Shown: positions 35,497 to 44,059, counted from the first letter of the stretch. The stretch is 64,000 nt of DNA from Nanobdellota archaeon (GCA_038045385.1 JBBSYE010000008.1:11208-75207), one strand, 5' to 3'. Made by a program: numbers and translations. Notes: a model not told the origin generated them from the letters alone.

Positions 35497-37034
35497 AGAA
35501 ATTTATTTTTGCTTTGGGGTTTTTTACTTTGTTTATTTTTACTTTTAGTCTTTCTTCAGCCTTGACTGCAACGGTTTGTTGTGAGAAGACTAAACTTGGA
35601 GCTTTTTGTCAGAATGCTCCTGCTGAACAATGTGATTCTGCTTTTCAACAAGTGCAGACTAGTTGCGATTCAACAAGCTTTTGCAAGGCAGGAACTTGCT
35701 ATGACTCTAGCGAGGGAACTTGCTTGGATAATACTCCACAAAGAGTATGCAATGCTAATGGCGGAGTTTGGAGTGCAGAGGCGCCAGCTCAATGTAACCT
35801 TGGATGTTGCGTTCTTGGAGACCAAGCTGCTTTTGTTTCGCTTGTGAGATGCAAAAGATTATCTTCTTTTCTTGGATTACAAACTAATTTTAATAGTGGA
35901 ATTGGAAATGAAGTTTCTTGTATAGCTTCAGTTCAAGCACAAGATAAAGGGGCGTGTGTTTATGAGTTTGAATTTGAGAAAACCTGCAAGTTTACGACGA
36001 GAGCTGAATGTTCTGCAAGTACAGGAACAAGTAATGGAACTACTTCTGGAGGAAATTTTTATAAGGATAAATTATGCTCGGCTGAAGAACTTGGAACTAT
36101 TTGTGGACCTTCACAGAAGACTACTTGCGCTCCTGGAAAAGATGAAGTCTATTTTGTTGATACTTGCGGAAATCCTGCGAATATTTATGACTCAAGTAAG
36201 GCAAGCGATAAAGAATATTGGACTAATGTAAAGCAAAAGAGTGAGAGTTGTGCTCCAAATAGCGCGAATGCTGGAAGTTCAAGCTGCGGAAATTGTAATT
36301 ATCTTCTTGGAAGTTTTTGTAGAAGTGAAAGTGCCTCTAATGGGAGAGCTAGAATTGGGAACAATATTTGTGCTGATTTGAATTGTGTTGATGAAAATAA
36401 TGTGGAAAGAAAACATGGAGAGTCTTGGTGTTTGAATGATGATAAGCAGACTGGAAAAGCAGCAAATAGTGTTGGAAGTAGATTCTTTAGAAGGATATGT
36501 ATGAATGGGGAAGTCGTTACCGAACCTTGCGGAGATTTTAGAGCGCAAGAATGTGTTCAAGATGAGATTGAAACTTCTCTTGGTAAATTCTCACAGTCTG
36601 CTTGTCGTGTTAATAGATGGCAAGATTGCTTAGCTCAAACTGAAAAGCTAGATTGTGAAAATACGGATAGAAGAGACTGTATATGGAAAGCTGGGTTGGA
36701 ATTGGCGAATGAAACTATAAATGGCGTTTGTGTTCCGGCTAATACTCCTGGACTGAATTTTTGGAATAGCGAAGAGACAAAGACAATTTGTGGACAGGGA
36801 AATAAAGCTTGCGTTGTGACTTATGAAAAAGGATTATTTGGGGGAGAGGAGTGTGTTGATAATTGTGAATGTCTTGAAACTGGATGGGAACAGAATTATG
36901 CTAACCTTTGTTCGTCTTTGGGAGATTGCGGGCCTAAATTGAATTGGGCTGGAAGTAAGGGATTCAAAGAAGGATACAAGAAGCAAATTGGCGGGGAAAA
37001 GCTCTTGAAAGAGCTTGGACTTGCTGAAGAATAG
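35493..37034 (+). CDS. Cys-rich secreted protein B2N, paralog of the N-terminal half of B1
   Basis: Has a signal peptide. Blocks shared with B1 include GCCVLGDQAAF, SSCGNCNYLLGSFC, CADLNCVDENNVERKHGESWC, FSQSACRVNRWQDC and LCSSLGDCGP. Confidence 0.65.
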   Translation: MKKFIFALGFFTLFIFTFSLSSALTATVCCEKTKLGAFCQNAPAEQCDSAFQQVQTSCDSTSFCKAGTCYDSSEGTCLDNTPQRVCNANGGVWSAEAPAQCNLGCCVLGDQAAFVSLVRCKRLSSFLGLQTNFNSGIGNEVSCIASVQAQDKGACVYEFEFEKTCKFTTRAECSASTGTSNGTTSGGNFYKDKLCSAEELGTICGPSQKTTCAPGKDEVYFVDTCGNPANIYDSSKASDKEYWTNVKQKSESCAPNSANAGSSSCGNCNYLLGSFCRSESASNGRARIGNNICADLNCVDENNVERKHGESWCLNDDKQTGKAANSVGSRFFRRICMNGEVVTEPCGDFRAQECVQDEIETSLGKFSQSACRVNRWQDCLAQTEKLDCENTDRRDCIWKAGLELANETINGVCVPANTPGLNFWNSEETKTICGQGNKACVVTYEKGLFGGEECVDNCECLETGWEQNYANLCSSLGDCGPKLNWAGSKGFKEGYKKQIGGEKLLKELGLAEE

Positions 37035-37077
37035 CGAAAAAAGAAAAGTTTATATACCCCTCGTAAGTAGTGTTTTT

Positions 37078-37641
37078 ATGAGTAAGTTTAGTAGAAGTGC
37101 TAAAGTAGGAATTTCTGGATTATTGTTAGGCGGTGCTGTATCTTTGCAAGGTTGCGGAGAAATTATCGCTGGGTTGCTTATTTCAGAGGCCATTAATGGC
37201 CAAACTAGAGCATTAAATCAGAATGCTGCTCAAATGGCTAATACTCCTCAAGGTAACGTGCCAGCTTCAAACTATAATCAGAATTATCCAGTAGGAGTTC
37301 CTTCTCAAGCTTCTTTTGTTTGTAACTCTGTTTCTGATGAAAATAGGAATAATTTATTTGATAAATGGGAGATTTCTGGCGAAAAAAATAGTTTTTCTGC
37401 TCATGAAAATGTGAACTTGGGACTTAATGTCTCCGGACGTCAAGGACAAAATTTAATTGTTCGTATTTTTGATGTTTCAACTTTTAATAACGTAGATTCT
37501 ACAAGAATTGGTAGTGTAATTACTAATCCTTCGGCTTTTGTATATACTTTGGAATCTGGTAAGTTAGGGAAGGGCAAATATAAGGCAGAATGGTATGCAG
37601 ATAATAGAGAAATTTGTAGCTCTGTATTTTCAATAAATTAA
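37078..37641 (+). CDS. Lipobox-type secreted protein L1
   Basis: MSKFSRSAKVGISGLLLGGAVSLQGC: signal peptide ending in L-Q-G-C. A TATA-like gtttatata lies about 25 nt upstream. Confidence 0.55.
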   Translation: MSKFSRSAKVGISGLLLGGAVSLQGCGEIIAGLLISEAINGQTRALNQNAAQMANTPQGNVPASNYNQNYPVGVPSQASFVCNSVSDENRNNLFDKWEISGEKNSFSAHENVNLGLNVSGRQGQNLIVRIFDVSTFNNVDSTRIGSVITNPSAFVYTLESGKLGKGKYKAEWYADNREICSSVFSIN

Positions 37642-37662
37642 TTTTTCTTTCGTCTAAATCGG

Positions 37663-37674
37663 AAAATATAAATA
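37663..37674 (+). promoter_or_regulatory. TATA-box-like promoter element for L2 (leaderless)
   Basis: aaaatataaata lies about 25-28 nt upstream of the ATG at 37696. The surrounding roughly 37 nt are near-identical to 38331-38366. Confidence 0.4.
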
Positions 37675-37695
37675 CTATTAATTAACTTTAAAGTG

Positions 37696-38304
37696 ATGAA
37701 ATTAGCTAATAGATTGGTCGCTGGGAGTGTTGGATTAGCTGGGATGTTGAATCTGACTGGATGTATCCCGTTTATGGCCGGATATATTGGTGGTTCGCTA
37801 GCAAACCCTAGAAATCCTGTTTATGTTCCAGTTCCTACGCCTGCTCCGCAACAGAATCCAACTGGATTTTCCATTAAGAATGGTTATTTTAGAGCGGAAG
37901 GAGAAACTCCTTTTAAAAAATGGATTGATGGTGCTAACGGGGGTTTGATTAATGGAATTATGGAAGGAAATGAATTTGTTAATTTTTATCCCGAAGTTGA
38001 AATTAATACGCAAGTTCAAGTCTATATTACGGCTCATTTAATTAACGCTAAAGGATCTACTCTTAATGGAGAGATGAGAACAGCAGAGGGCATCTTAGCG
38101 TATACTGCTTCTCCTTCTTTTGTTGGAGAGGATGGTGAAGTTCTCTTGCCTTGGCCAATTCAATTAAAAAAAATTGTGGAAGAGAGTCCTTCGGAGTCAT
38201 ATTCAACAAGAATGTATATGAACGGTAAATCTGTTGAAGAATTTAGATTTAAGAATACTAATTTTCAACAATTTCAACAAAGCAGTTTGCGTTTTGGTAA
38301 TTAA
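37696..38304 (+). CDS. Lipobox-type secreted protein L2
   Basis: MKLANRLVAGSVGLAGMLNLTGC: signal peptide ending in L-T-G-C. Confidence 0.55.
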   Translation: MKLANRLVAGSVGLAGMLNLTGCIPFMAGYIGGSLANPRNPVYVPVPTPAPQQNPTGFSIKNGYFRAEGETPFKKWIDGANGGLINGIMEGNEFVNFYPEVEINTQVQVYITAHLINAKGSTLNGEMRTAEGILAYTASPSFVGEDGEVLLPWPIQLKKIVEESPSESYSTRMYMNGKSVEEFRFKNTNFQQFQQSSLRFGN

Positions 38305-38332
38305 TAGTAAGAGAATATTTGGTCCTAAATAG

Positions 38333-38345
38333 AAAAATATAAATA
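38333..38345 (+). promoter_or_regulatory. TATA-box-like promoter element for L3 (leaderless)
   Basis: aaaaatataaata lies about 27 nt upstream of the ATG at 38367, within a duplicated intergenic block shared with L2. Confidence 0.4.
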
Positions 38346-38366
38346 CTATCAATTCACTATAAAGTA

Positions 38367-38735
38367 ATGAAAAAGTATAATAGGTTCGCAATAGGAAGTC
38401 TTGGATTAGCTGGAGTTTTAGCTATACAAGGTTGTGGACCTCTTCTTAATGCTGGTGGGCAGTCTGCAATTTATGCAGGAAACGCTGGAGTTGGTATTCC
38501 CTTATCTGCTTTAGGACAAGGCATTGGCGCGATTGAGGCAGGTAGAGCTTCTAGTTCAAATGTTAATGTGAATAATAATTTTAATGGAAATAGTCAATCG
38601 GATAATCGCAATAAAAATTATAGTGATGTTCCATATAAAATGCCTCCAAATCCTTATGAGCCTAAATATAGTGATGTTCCGTATAAGATGCCTGATAATA
38701 ATCCTTATTATAAAAATGCAGATCATAATCCCTGA
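38367..38735 (+). CDS. Lipobox-type secreted protein L3 with YSDVPYKMP repeat
   Basis: MKKYNRFAIGSLGLAGVLAIQGC: signal peptide ending in I-Q-G-C. The tail is Asn/Pro/Tyr-rich. Confidence 0.55.
   Translation: MKKYNRFAIGSLGLAGVLAIQGCGPLLNAGGQSAIYAGNAGVGIPLSALGQGIGAIEAGRASSSNVNVNNNFNGNSQSDNRNKNYSDVPYKMPPNPYEPKYSDVPYKMPDNNPYYKNADHNP
38619..38693 (+). repeat. Two copies of a 27-nt direct repeat, 48 nt apart
   Basis: tatagtgatgttccatataaaatgcct at 38619-38645 versus tatagtgatgttccgtataagatgcct at 38667-38693 (2 mismatches). It encodes YSDVPYKMP. Confidence 0.8.
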
Positions 38736-38829
38736 CGTGCTCTGAGAATAATCTCTATAAAGATTAAAAATAAGATATTCTTGTTCCGCTACACAATATG
38801 TTTATAAGTATGTGTTCTTTTTTAGTTTT

Positions 38830-41283
38830 ATGCTAAAGAGGGCGAATAATTTTGTTGTTTGTGCAACTTTATTTCAAGTAGCGCTTATCGTTTCATTTTC
38901 TATTGCGATTAGTTTCTTAATTGCACAAACAATTCCTTCTGTAATAGCAAATACTAGTCCAGCAGTAAGTGTAGTTCCTGTTAGTCATGTTCCAACTTAT
39001 ACCACTTCTTCAGGTCCGTATGTCTTTGACATTGATTTTGGAAAGGGATCTGTTCCAGTAAAATGGACAGGCACTAATCCAGAGACTGGCATTGCTAATG
39101 GAATTCTTGCTGATGGAACTCCTACTTCATGGAAATCTATTCCCAACTCTGAAATAGCACAGGCAGATATTACCAATAAGTTTTCTGCAGGACAACTTGA
39201 TAATTGGGGTAAAACCACTTTAATTGGTGGAAAGTCTGTTGCTAATGTAGATTTTTTAGGAGATCCTAATAAATTTGGACTAGTTAGAGATGGACAACTT
39301 ACCCCAGAAGGAATAGAAATCGCTGAAAAGGCTGGAATTAAAAACCCTGCAATTGACCCTACAGGAGCCATTGTTGGAAACGGAGAAAGTTATTCATATT
39401 CTCTTTTGGGATATCAAATAACTAGTAACTTCTTTTTGGGTCACCTTATTGAAGGGGCTTCGTGGGCATTGTTTGTTGTTGGGGCTATTCAGTTAGTTGG
39501 AGGAATTGCAGGACTTGATCCAAAATTAACTAATACATTAAGTATTGCTGCGGCTTCTGGAATAATTGGGGGTAAGGCGATTTACGGACTTTTTGGACAA
39601 GCAACTCCTGGTTTAAGTGGAAGCGGTGGAATTGCTGGGGCAGGAGCCCAAGTATTAAGTCCGTTGCAAGCAGGCCTCATCGGCATTGGCATCGCAGCTA
39701 TCGTCTTCGTATTATTATATAAAGATGAAAAGAAAAAAGTTGTTACGCTACAATGCTTGCCGTGGGAAGCGCCACTTGGCGGATCTAAATGCGAGCAATG
39801 TAACGGAGATCCTCTAAAGCCGTGTTCTGAATATCGTTGTAAATCTCTTGGGCAGGCGTGCGAGATTGTTAATAAGGGAACTGCTGAAGAGAGATGTGTT
39901 TGGGTTGCGCGTAATGACGTGAGTAGCGCTACAATTGAACCTTGGGCTGAATCGCTTAAACCGTTGAATCAAGGCTTGAGATTTACTCCTGATAGCACAA
40001 TAAGACCGCCAAATAGAGGAGTTAAGATTGTTAGCAATAAGGCTGGGGGATGCGTTATGCCTTTCACTCCACTTGAATTTGGAATAAGAACTAATGAGCC
40101 GACTCAATGTAAGATAGATACCGAGAGACCGAATGGAACTACTGCTTTTGATAGTATGCAATTTTACTTTGGAGATAGTAATTATTATGCATATAATCAT
40201 ACGCAAACTATGAGATTGCCTTCACCGAATGCTATTGCTGATGAGGCAGGATTAGAGCTTGAGAATAATGGGGCGTTTAATTATTTTGTAAGATGTAGAG
40301 ATGCTAATGGTAACGAAAACGTTGATGATTTTGTAATAAACTTCTGCGTTGATAAAAGTCCTGATACTACTCCTCCTGTGATTGAGTCTACTTCGATAAA
40401 TAGCGGAAGTCCCGTTGGTGCGGGAGTGCAGAATTTATCTTTGGGAGTTTATGTTAACGAACCTAGCCAATGTAAATGGAGTATTCAAGATAAGAACTAT
40501 AATGATATGGAGAATACTATGAGTTGTGTAAGCAAGATTTATCAGCAGAATGCAAAACAGTTGTATCCTTGTGTGGCTAACTTGAATGGGATTAAAGATA
40601 GAGCGACGAATACTTTCTATTTCAGATGTAAAGATCAACCCTTGAAGAATGATAGTGAAAGAAATGTTAATAGCGAGAGTTATGTATTTATTCTAAAAGG
40701 CAGTCAGGCCCTAAATATTATTAAGACTTCTCCTAATTCGACGATAACTGGAAGTACTGATGTTGTGCCTGTTAATTTGAGCGTTGAAACTAGCAATGGG
40801 GCTGAAGAAGGCAAGGCAATATGTTACTTTAGTCCAACTGGAGTTGAGGGAAGTTATGTTTTGATGTTCCAGACTAATAGCTATAAACACACACAGATAT
40901 TATCGTTGACTTCTGGAAATTACAATTATAGATTTAGATGTGTTGATGCTGGAGGAAATGCTGCTGAATCAAGTTCGAGCTTCAACGTCTTGACGGATAG
41001 GCAGGCGCCTTTTGTCACTAGAGTTTATCGTGAGGGAACTGATGCTCTAAAAGTTGTAACTAATGAAGACGCTGAATGCACTTACTCGACTACGAGCTGT
41101 AACTATAATTTTGCTGAAGGTCTTAAATTTATTTATAATCCTGTAACGACTAAGAATCAGCATTTTGCAAGATGGGAATCTAGCAAGACTTACTATATCA
41201 AATGTAAAGATGGATATGATAATCAGCCTGCACCAAATGCTTGTAGCGTTATCGCTAGTGCAACTAATGTTAAACAGAAATAG
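38830..41283 (+). CDS. Cys-rich membrane/surface protein B2C, paralog of the C-terminal half of B1
   Basis: The ATG at 38830 has a TATA-like tttataag about 26 nt upstream. It has a Gly/Ala-rich TM core, then LQCLPWEAPLGGSKCEQCNGDPLKPCSEYRCKSLGQACE, then four RC(K/R)D..GN repeats as in B1. Confidence 0.7.
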   Translation: MLKRANNFVVCATLFQVALIVSFSIAISFLIAQTIPSVIANTSPAVSVVPVSHVPTYTTSSGPYVFDIDFGKGSVPVKWTGTNPETGIANGILADGTPTSWKSIPNSEIAQADITNKFSAGQLDNWGKTTLIGGKSVANVDFLGDPNKFGLVRDGQLTPEGIEIAEKAGIKNPAIDPTGAIVGNGESYSYSLLGYQITSNFFLGHLIEGASWALFVVGAIQLVGGIAGLDPKLTNTLSIAAASGIIGGKAIYGLFGQATPGLSGSGGIAGAGAQVLSPLQAGLIGIGIAAIVFVLLYKDEKKKVVTLQCLPWEAPLGGSKCEQCNGDPLKPCSEYRCKSLGQACEIVNKGTAEERCVWVARNDVSSATIEPWAESLKPLNQGLRFTPDSTIRPPNRGVKIVSNKAGGCVMPFTPLEFGIRTNEPTQCKIDTERPNGTTAFDSMQFYFGDSNYYAYNHTQTMRLPSPNAIADEAGLELENNGAFNYFVRCRDANGNENVDDFVINFCVDKSPDTTPPVIESTSINSGSPVGAGVQNLSLGVYVNEPSQCKWSIQDKNYNDMENTMSCVSKIYQQNAKQLYPCVANLNGIKDRATNTFYFRCKDQPLKNDSERNVNSESYVFILKGSQALNIIKTSPNSTITGSTDVVPVNLSVETSNGAEEGKAICYFSPTGVEGSYVLMFQTNSYKHTQILSLTSGNYNYRFRCVDAGGNAAESSSSFNVLTDRQAPFVTRVYREGTDALKVVTNEDAECTYSTTSCNYNFAEGLKFIYNPVTTKNQHFARWESSKTYYIKCKDGYDNQPAPNACSVIASATNVKQK

Positions 41284-41319
41284 CGAAACCTTTAATTAGC
41301 TTTTTCTTCTTTTGCTAGT

Positions 41320-41793
41320 ATGAGAAAGAGAGGTTTTGAAATGTCCTTTAACTTTATACTTTCAATAATAATAATTGCATTTATTATTGCAGCTGCAGGA
41401 TATGCTGTAAGTCATTTTTTAAGTTTGAGAGATTGTGCTGAAGCGGGACTTTTTTATCAAGAGCTTAAAAGAGAGATAGATAAATCTTGGACTTCTGAAA
41501 TTGCAAGTCAGACTTTTTCTTCGAGTGTGCCTTCTGGTATAGAGAGCATTTGTATTGGTAATGTTAGCACAAGCTCTGATTTGAAAGAGTATGATTCTTT
41601 GAAGAGATATAGACGGCAAGGGTATCTGCTTTTCTTCTATCCTGTTGAGAAAGCTTGCGGTCAGGCAGCATATAAATTGGAACATCTTGATTTGCAGACA
41701 ACTGGAACACTCAAATGCTATCAAGTCAAGGAGGGCAAGGTGAACTTTGTTATTAGTAAAGATAGTGCGGCTTCTCTTGTTTCTATAAAATGA
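41320..41793 (+). CDS. Pilin-like protein (class III signal peptide)
   Basis: MRKRGFEMSFNFILSIIIIAFIIAAAGYAV. The stop overlaps the next start (ATGA). Confidence 0.55.
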   Translation: MRKRGFEMSFNFILSIIIIAFIIAAAGYAVSHFLSLRDCAEAGLFYQELKREIDKSWTSEIASQTFSSSVPSGIESICIGNVSTSSDLKEYDSLKRYRRQGYLLFFYPVEKACGQAAYKLEHLDLQTTGTLKCYQVKEGKVNFVISKDSAASLVSIK

Positions 41794-42722
41794 AGCGCGG
41801 ACTTGAGGTAAGCTTTGCTTGGATTTTTGCAATAATTGTCGGGGCTTTTATTTTATTTCTCGCAGTCTATGGGGCTTTTAATTTTATTTCACAAGGAGAA
41901 GTGCAAACAAATACAGAGACTTCGGCACAACTTGTTGCACTCTTGAGCCCGGTTGAAACTAGAATTGAAAGTGGAAAATATTCTAAAATTGATTTTGGAA
42001 ATGAAATTAGAGTGACGAATAAATGTAGTAGTCTTGGAACTTTTGGAGACCAAACTATCTCGACTCAAGGAAAATCTGGCTTTTCTGGGGGATGGACTGA
42101 ATCAGGAGTTCCTATAAGGATGATTAATAAATATTTTTTCTCCGATTCTATTGAAGAAGGCAAGACTTTGCATATTTTTACTAAGCCTTTTTATTCGCCT
42201 TATAAAATTGGAGACTTAATTATCGCTAGTGCGGATAACTATTGTTTTGTGAATGCTCCTGAAGACATTGTTGATGATTTGAAATCTATGGGCTTACCTC
42301 ATATCTCTTTTACTGACAAAATTAGCAAATGCGTTCAAAATGAGCGAGTTGTTTGCTTTTCGGGGACTTGTGAAATTAAAGTAGATTTAGCTAGAGGGGC
42401 TGTTGTAAAAAATGGGAAAATTGCTTATTATGTTGAAGATGAAAATAACGCAATATTTTATGCGGCAATATTTTCGGACTTGGTGATTTACGAATGTCAA
42501 ATAAAGAGATTGATGAAGAGAAATGCTGAACTAGCGGAACTCTATGCAAGGAAAGCTGAATTTTTACAAGGTAGCGGATGCTCGAGCAACCTTGCGCAAG
42601 AATTAAGAGCTTATTCAAACTTCGCGGGTTCTATAACTGGCTCGGGAGCACTTGGTAGCATAATGCAGGAGGCAGAAAGACTTGGAGATGAAAATGAAGT
42701 CCTTAGCTGTAGATTATTCTAG
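41790..42722 (+). CDS. Pilin-like protein (class III signal peptide), 310 aa
   Basis: MKRGLEVSFAWIFAIIVGAFILFLAVYGA. Confidence 0.55.
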   Translation: MKRGLEVSFAWIFAIIVGAFILFLAVYGAFNFISQGEVQTNTETSAQLVALLSPVETRIESGKYSKIDFGNEIRVTNKCSSLGTFGDQTISTQGKSGFSGGWTESGVPIRMINKYFFSDSIEEGKTLHIFTKPFYSPYKIGDLIIASADNYCFVNAPEDIVDDLKSMGLPHISFTDKISKCVQNERVVCFSGTCEIKVDLARGAVVKNGKIAYYVEDENNAIFYAAIFSDLVIYECQIKRLMKRNAELAELYARKAEFLQGSGCSSNLAQELRAYSNFAGSITGSGALGSIMQEAERLGDENEVLSCRLF

Positions 42723-43206
42723 AGGGCAGTTGAAAATACAGCAGATGGCTTTTGTACTAGTCGCCTTAATGATATTATTTGGAATTGTTATTATATTTTA
42801 CGTTTCAATAAAAACTGCCTCGCTTAAAAGTAGCGCTGAGGATATAGGAGATTTGAGATCTAGAGAGCTTGCTCGCAAACTTGCTGGAAGTCCTGAATTT
42901 ATTTATCCTTCTGGAGAGTGTGCCGCGTGTATTGATTTTGATAAAGTATTCGTGCTTAAGGAGAAAGCGCAATCTGGAGAGTATAGCTCATTTTGGGCAT
43001 CTCCACTTATTCAAGTAAGAAAGTTGGGATATGGGGAAGATTGTAATAGGCAAAACTACCCGAATTGTGGAGTTATAACGCTTAGTAACACGAGCGATGA
43101 TTTTAGCTCTGTAAGTTCTTTTGTAACTTTATGTCATTATGACTCTGCTATAAATGCTGAAAGATGTGAATTGGGTAAGATTGTTTTGGGGGTTAAAAGG
43201 CAATGA
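42688..43206 (+). CDS. Pilin-like protein (class III signal peptide)
   Basis: MKMKSLAVDYSRGQLKIQQMAFVLVALMILFGIVIIFYV. The start (42682, 42688 or 42694) is uncertain. It overlaps its neighbours on both sides. Confidence 0.5.
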   Translation: MKMKSLAVDYSRGQLKIQQMAFVLVALMILFGIVIIFYVSIKTASLKSSAEDIGDLRSRELARKLAGSPEFIYPSGECAACIDFDKVFVLKEKAQSGEYSSFWASPLIQVRKLGYGEDCNRQNYPNCGVITLSNTSDDFSSVSSFVTLCHYDSAINAERCELGKIVLGVKRQ

Positions 43207-43706
43207 AAAGAGGGCAAGAAGAGATAATTGGATTTGTTGCCATAGTAATTTTGCTTGCAGTAATTTTTCTTGTTTTTCTTGTGATATCATTTAGAAGCCC
43301 GGTTGAGGATATAAGAGAAAATAGTGAGGCGTATTACTTCTTATCAAGTGTCATGGAAGTTACAAGTAACTGCACTCGAGGACTTGATAATCAAGCTCTG
43401 AAGATAGCGGAACTTGCAAGTTCTTGTAGGCAAAATGATAAGTGTAACAATGACTTGGGCTCATGTGATGTGCTGAACATGACGTTAAATTATCTTGTTC
43501 AAGAAGGATTCAGACCTGGAGAAGATAGCGTGACTAAAGGGTATGTTTTAAAGACTAGATATGTTAGTAATTTAAGTTCTGGGCAAACTGGACAGGATAT
43601 TTCATCTATTAGCTCCGGAGTGTGTGGAAATTCTTTTAGCGGGGCTAGTTATTCAGTGCCAGATTATCCTGGGGTAATTACTTTTGAGTTAAAACTTTGC
43701 TCTTAA
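43203..43706 (+). CDS. Pilin-like protein (class III signal peptide)
   Basis: MKRGQEEIIGFVAIVILLAVIFLVFLV. The mature part contains several Cys. Confidence 0.55.
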   Translation: MKRGQEEIIGFVAIVILLAVIFLVFLVISFRSPVEDIRENSEAYYFLSSVMEVTSNCTRGLDNQALKIAELASSCRQNDKCNNDLGSCDVLNMTLNYLVQEGFRPGEDSVTKGYVLKTRYVSNLSSGQTGQDISSISSGVCGNSFSGASYSVPDYPGVITFELKLCS

Positions 43707-44059
43707 ATTTTAATTTCTATATGTACTGTATCTGCTAAAATTGAAGGTTTAAGACGAGTTCTTTTTCCAGTGCCTTCTTTTTTTAACTCTATAAATCCGA
43801 AGCGTTCTAGAAGTTTTACATCTTCGTATACTGACTTAAAGTTTCTTGAGACTAATTTAGCTAGCGCATAAACTGAAGATGGCTTCTTTGCTTTTATTGT
43901 ATGTAGTATTCTCGCTTTCTCATTTGAAAGTAGTTTCCTTAATGCTGAAAGTCCTTCGAAATCATATGGACTTTCATTGCCGAACATCTTGAAGAATGTT
44001 GAAAATGTTCCTTTGTCGTCGGTGATTGTTATCTCTCTAACTTTAGTTTTTGTGGCCAT
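43703..44059 (-). CDS. Winged-helix transcriptional regulator (ArsR/MarR-like, COG4190-type)
   Basis: ARILHTIKAKKPSSVYALAKLVSRNFKSVYEDVKLLERFGFIELKKEG is an HTH plus wing. The gene is convergent with the pilin-like operon and divergent from the S-layer gene. Confidence 0.55.
   Translation of the reverse strand: MATKTKVREITITDDKGTFSTFFKMFGNESPYDFEGLSALRKLLSNEKARILHTIKAKKPSSVYALAKLVSRNFKSVYEDVKLLERFGFIELKKEGTGKRTRLKPSILADTVHIEIKI

Noticed and set aside
35581-36560. Alternative-frame and antisense ORFs within B2N (35581-35847, 35956-36231, 36279-36560)
   Set aside because: They are nested in a gene whose frame is supported by strong paralogy to B1.
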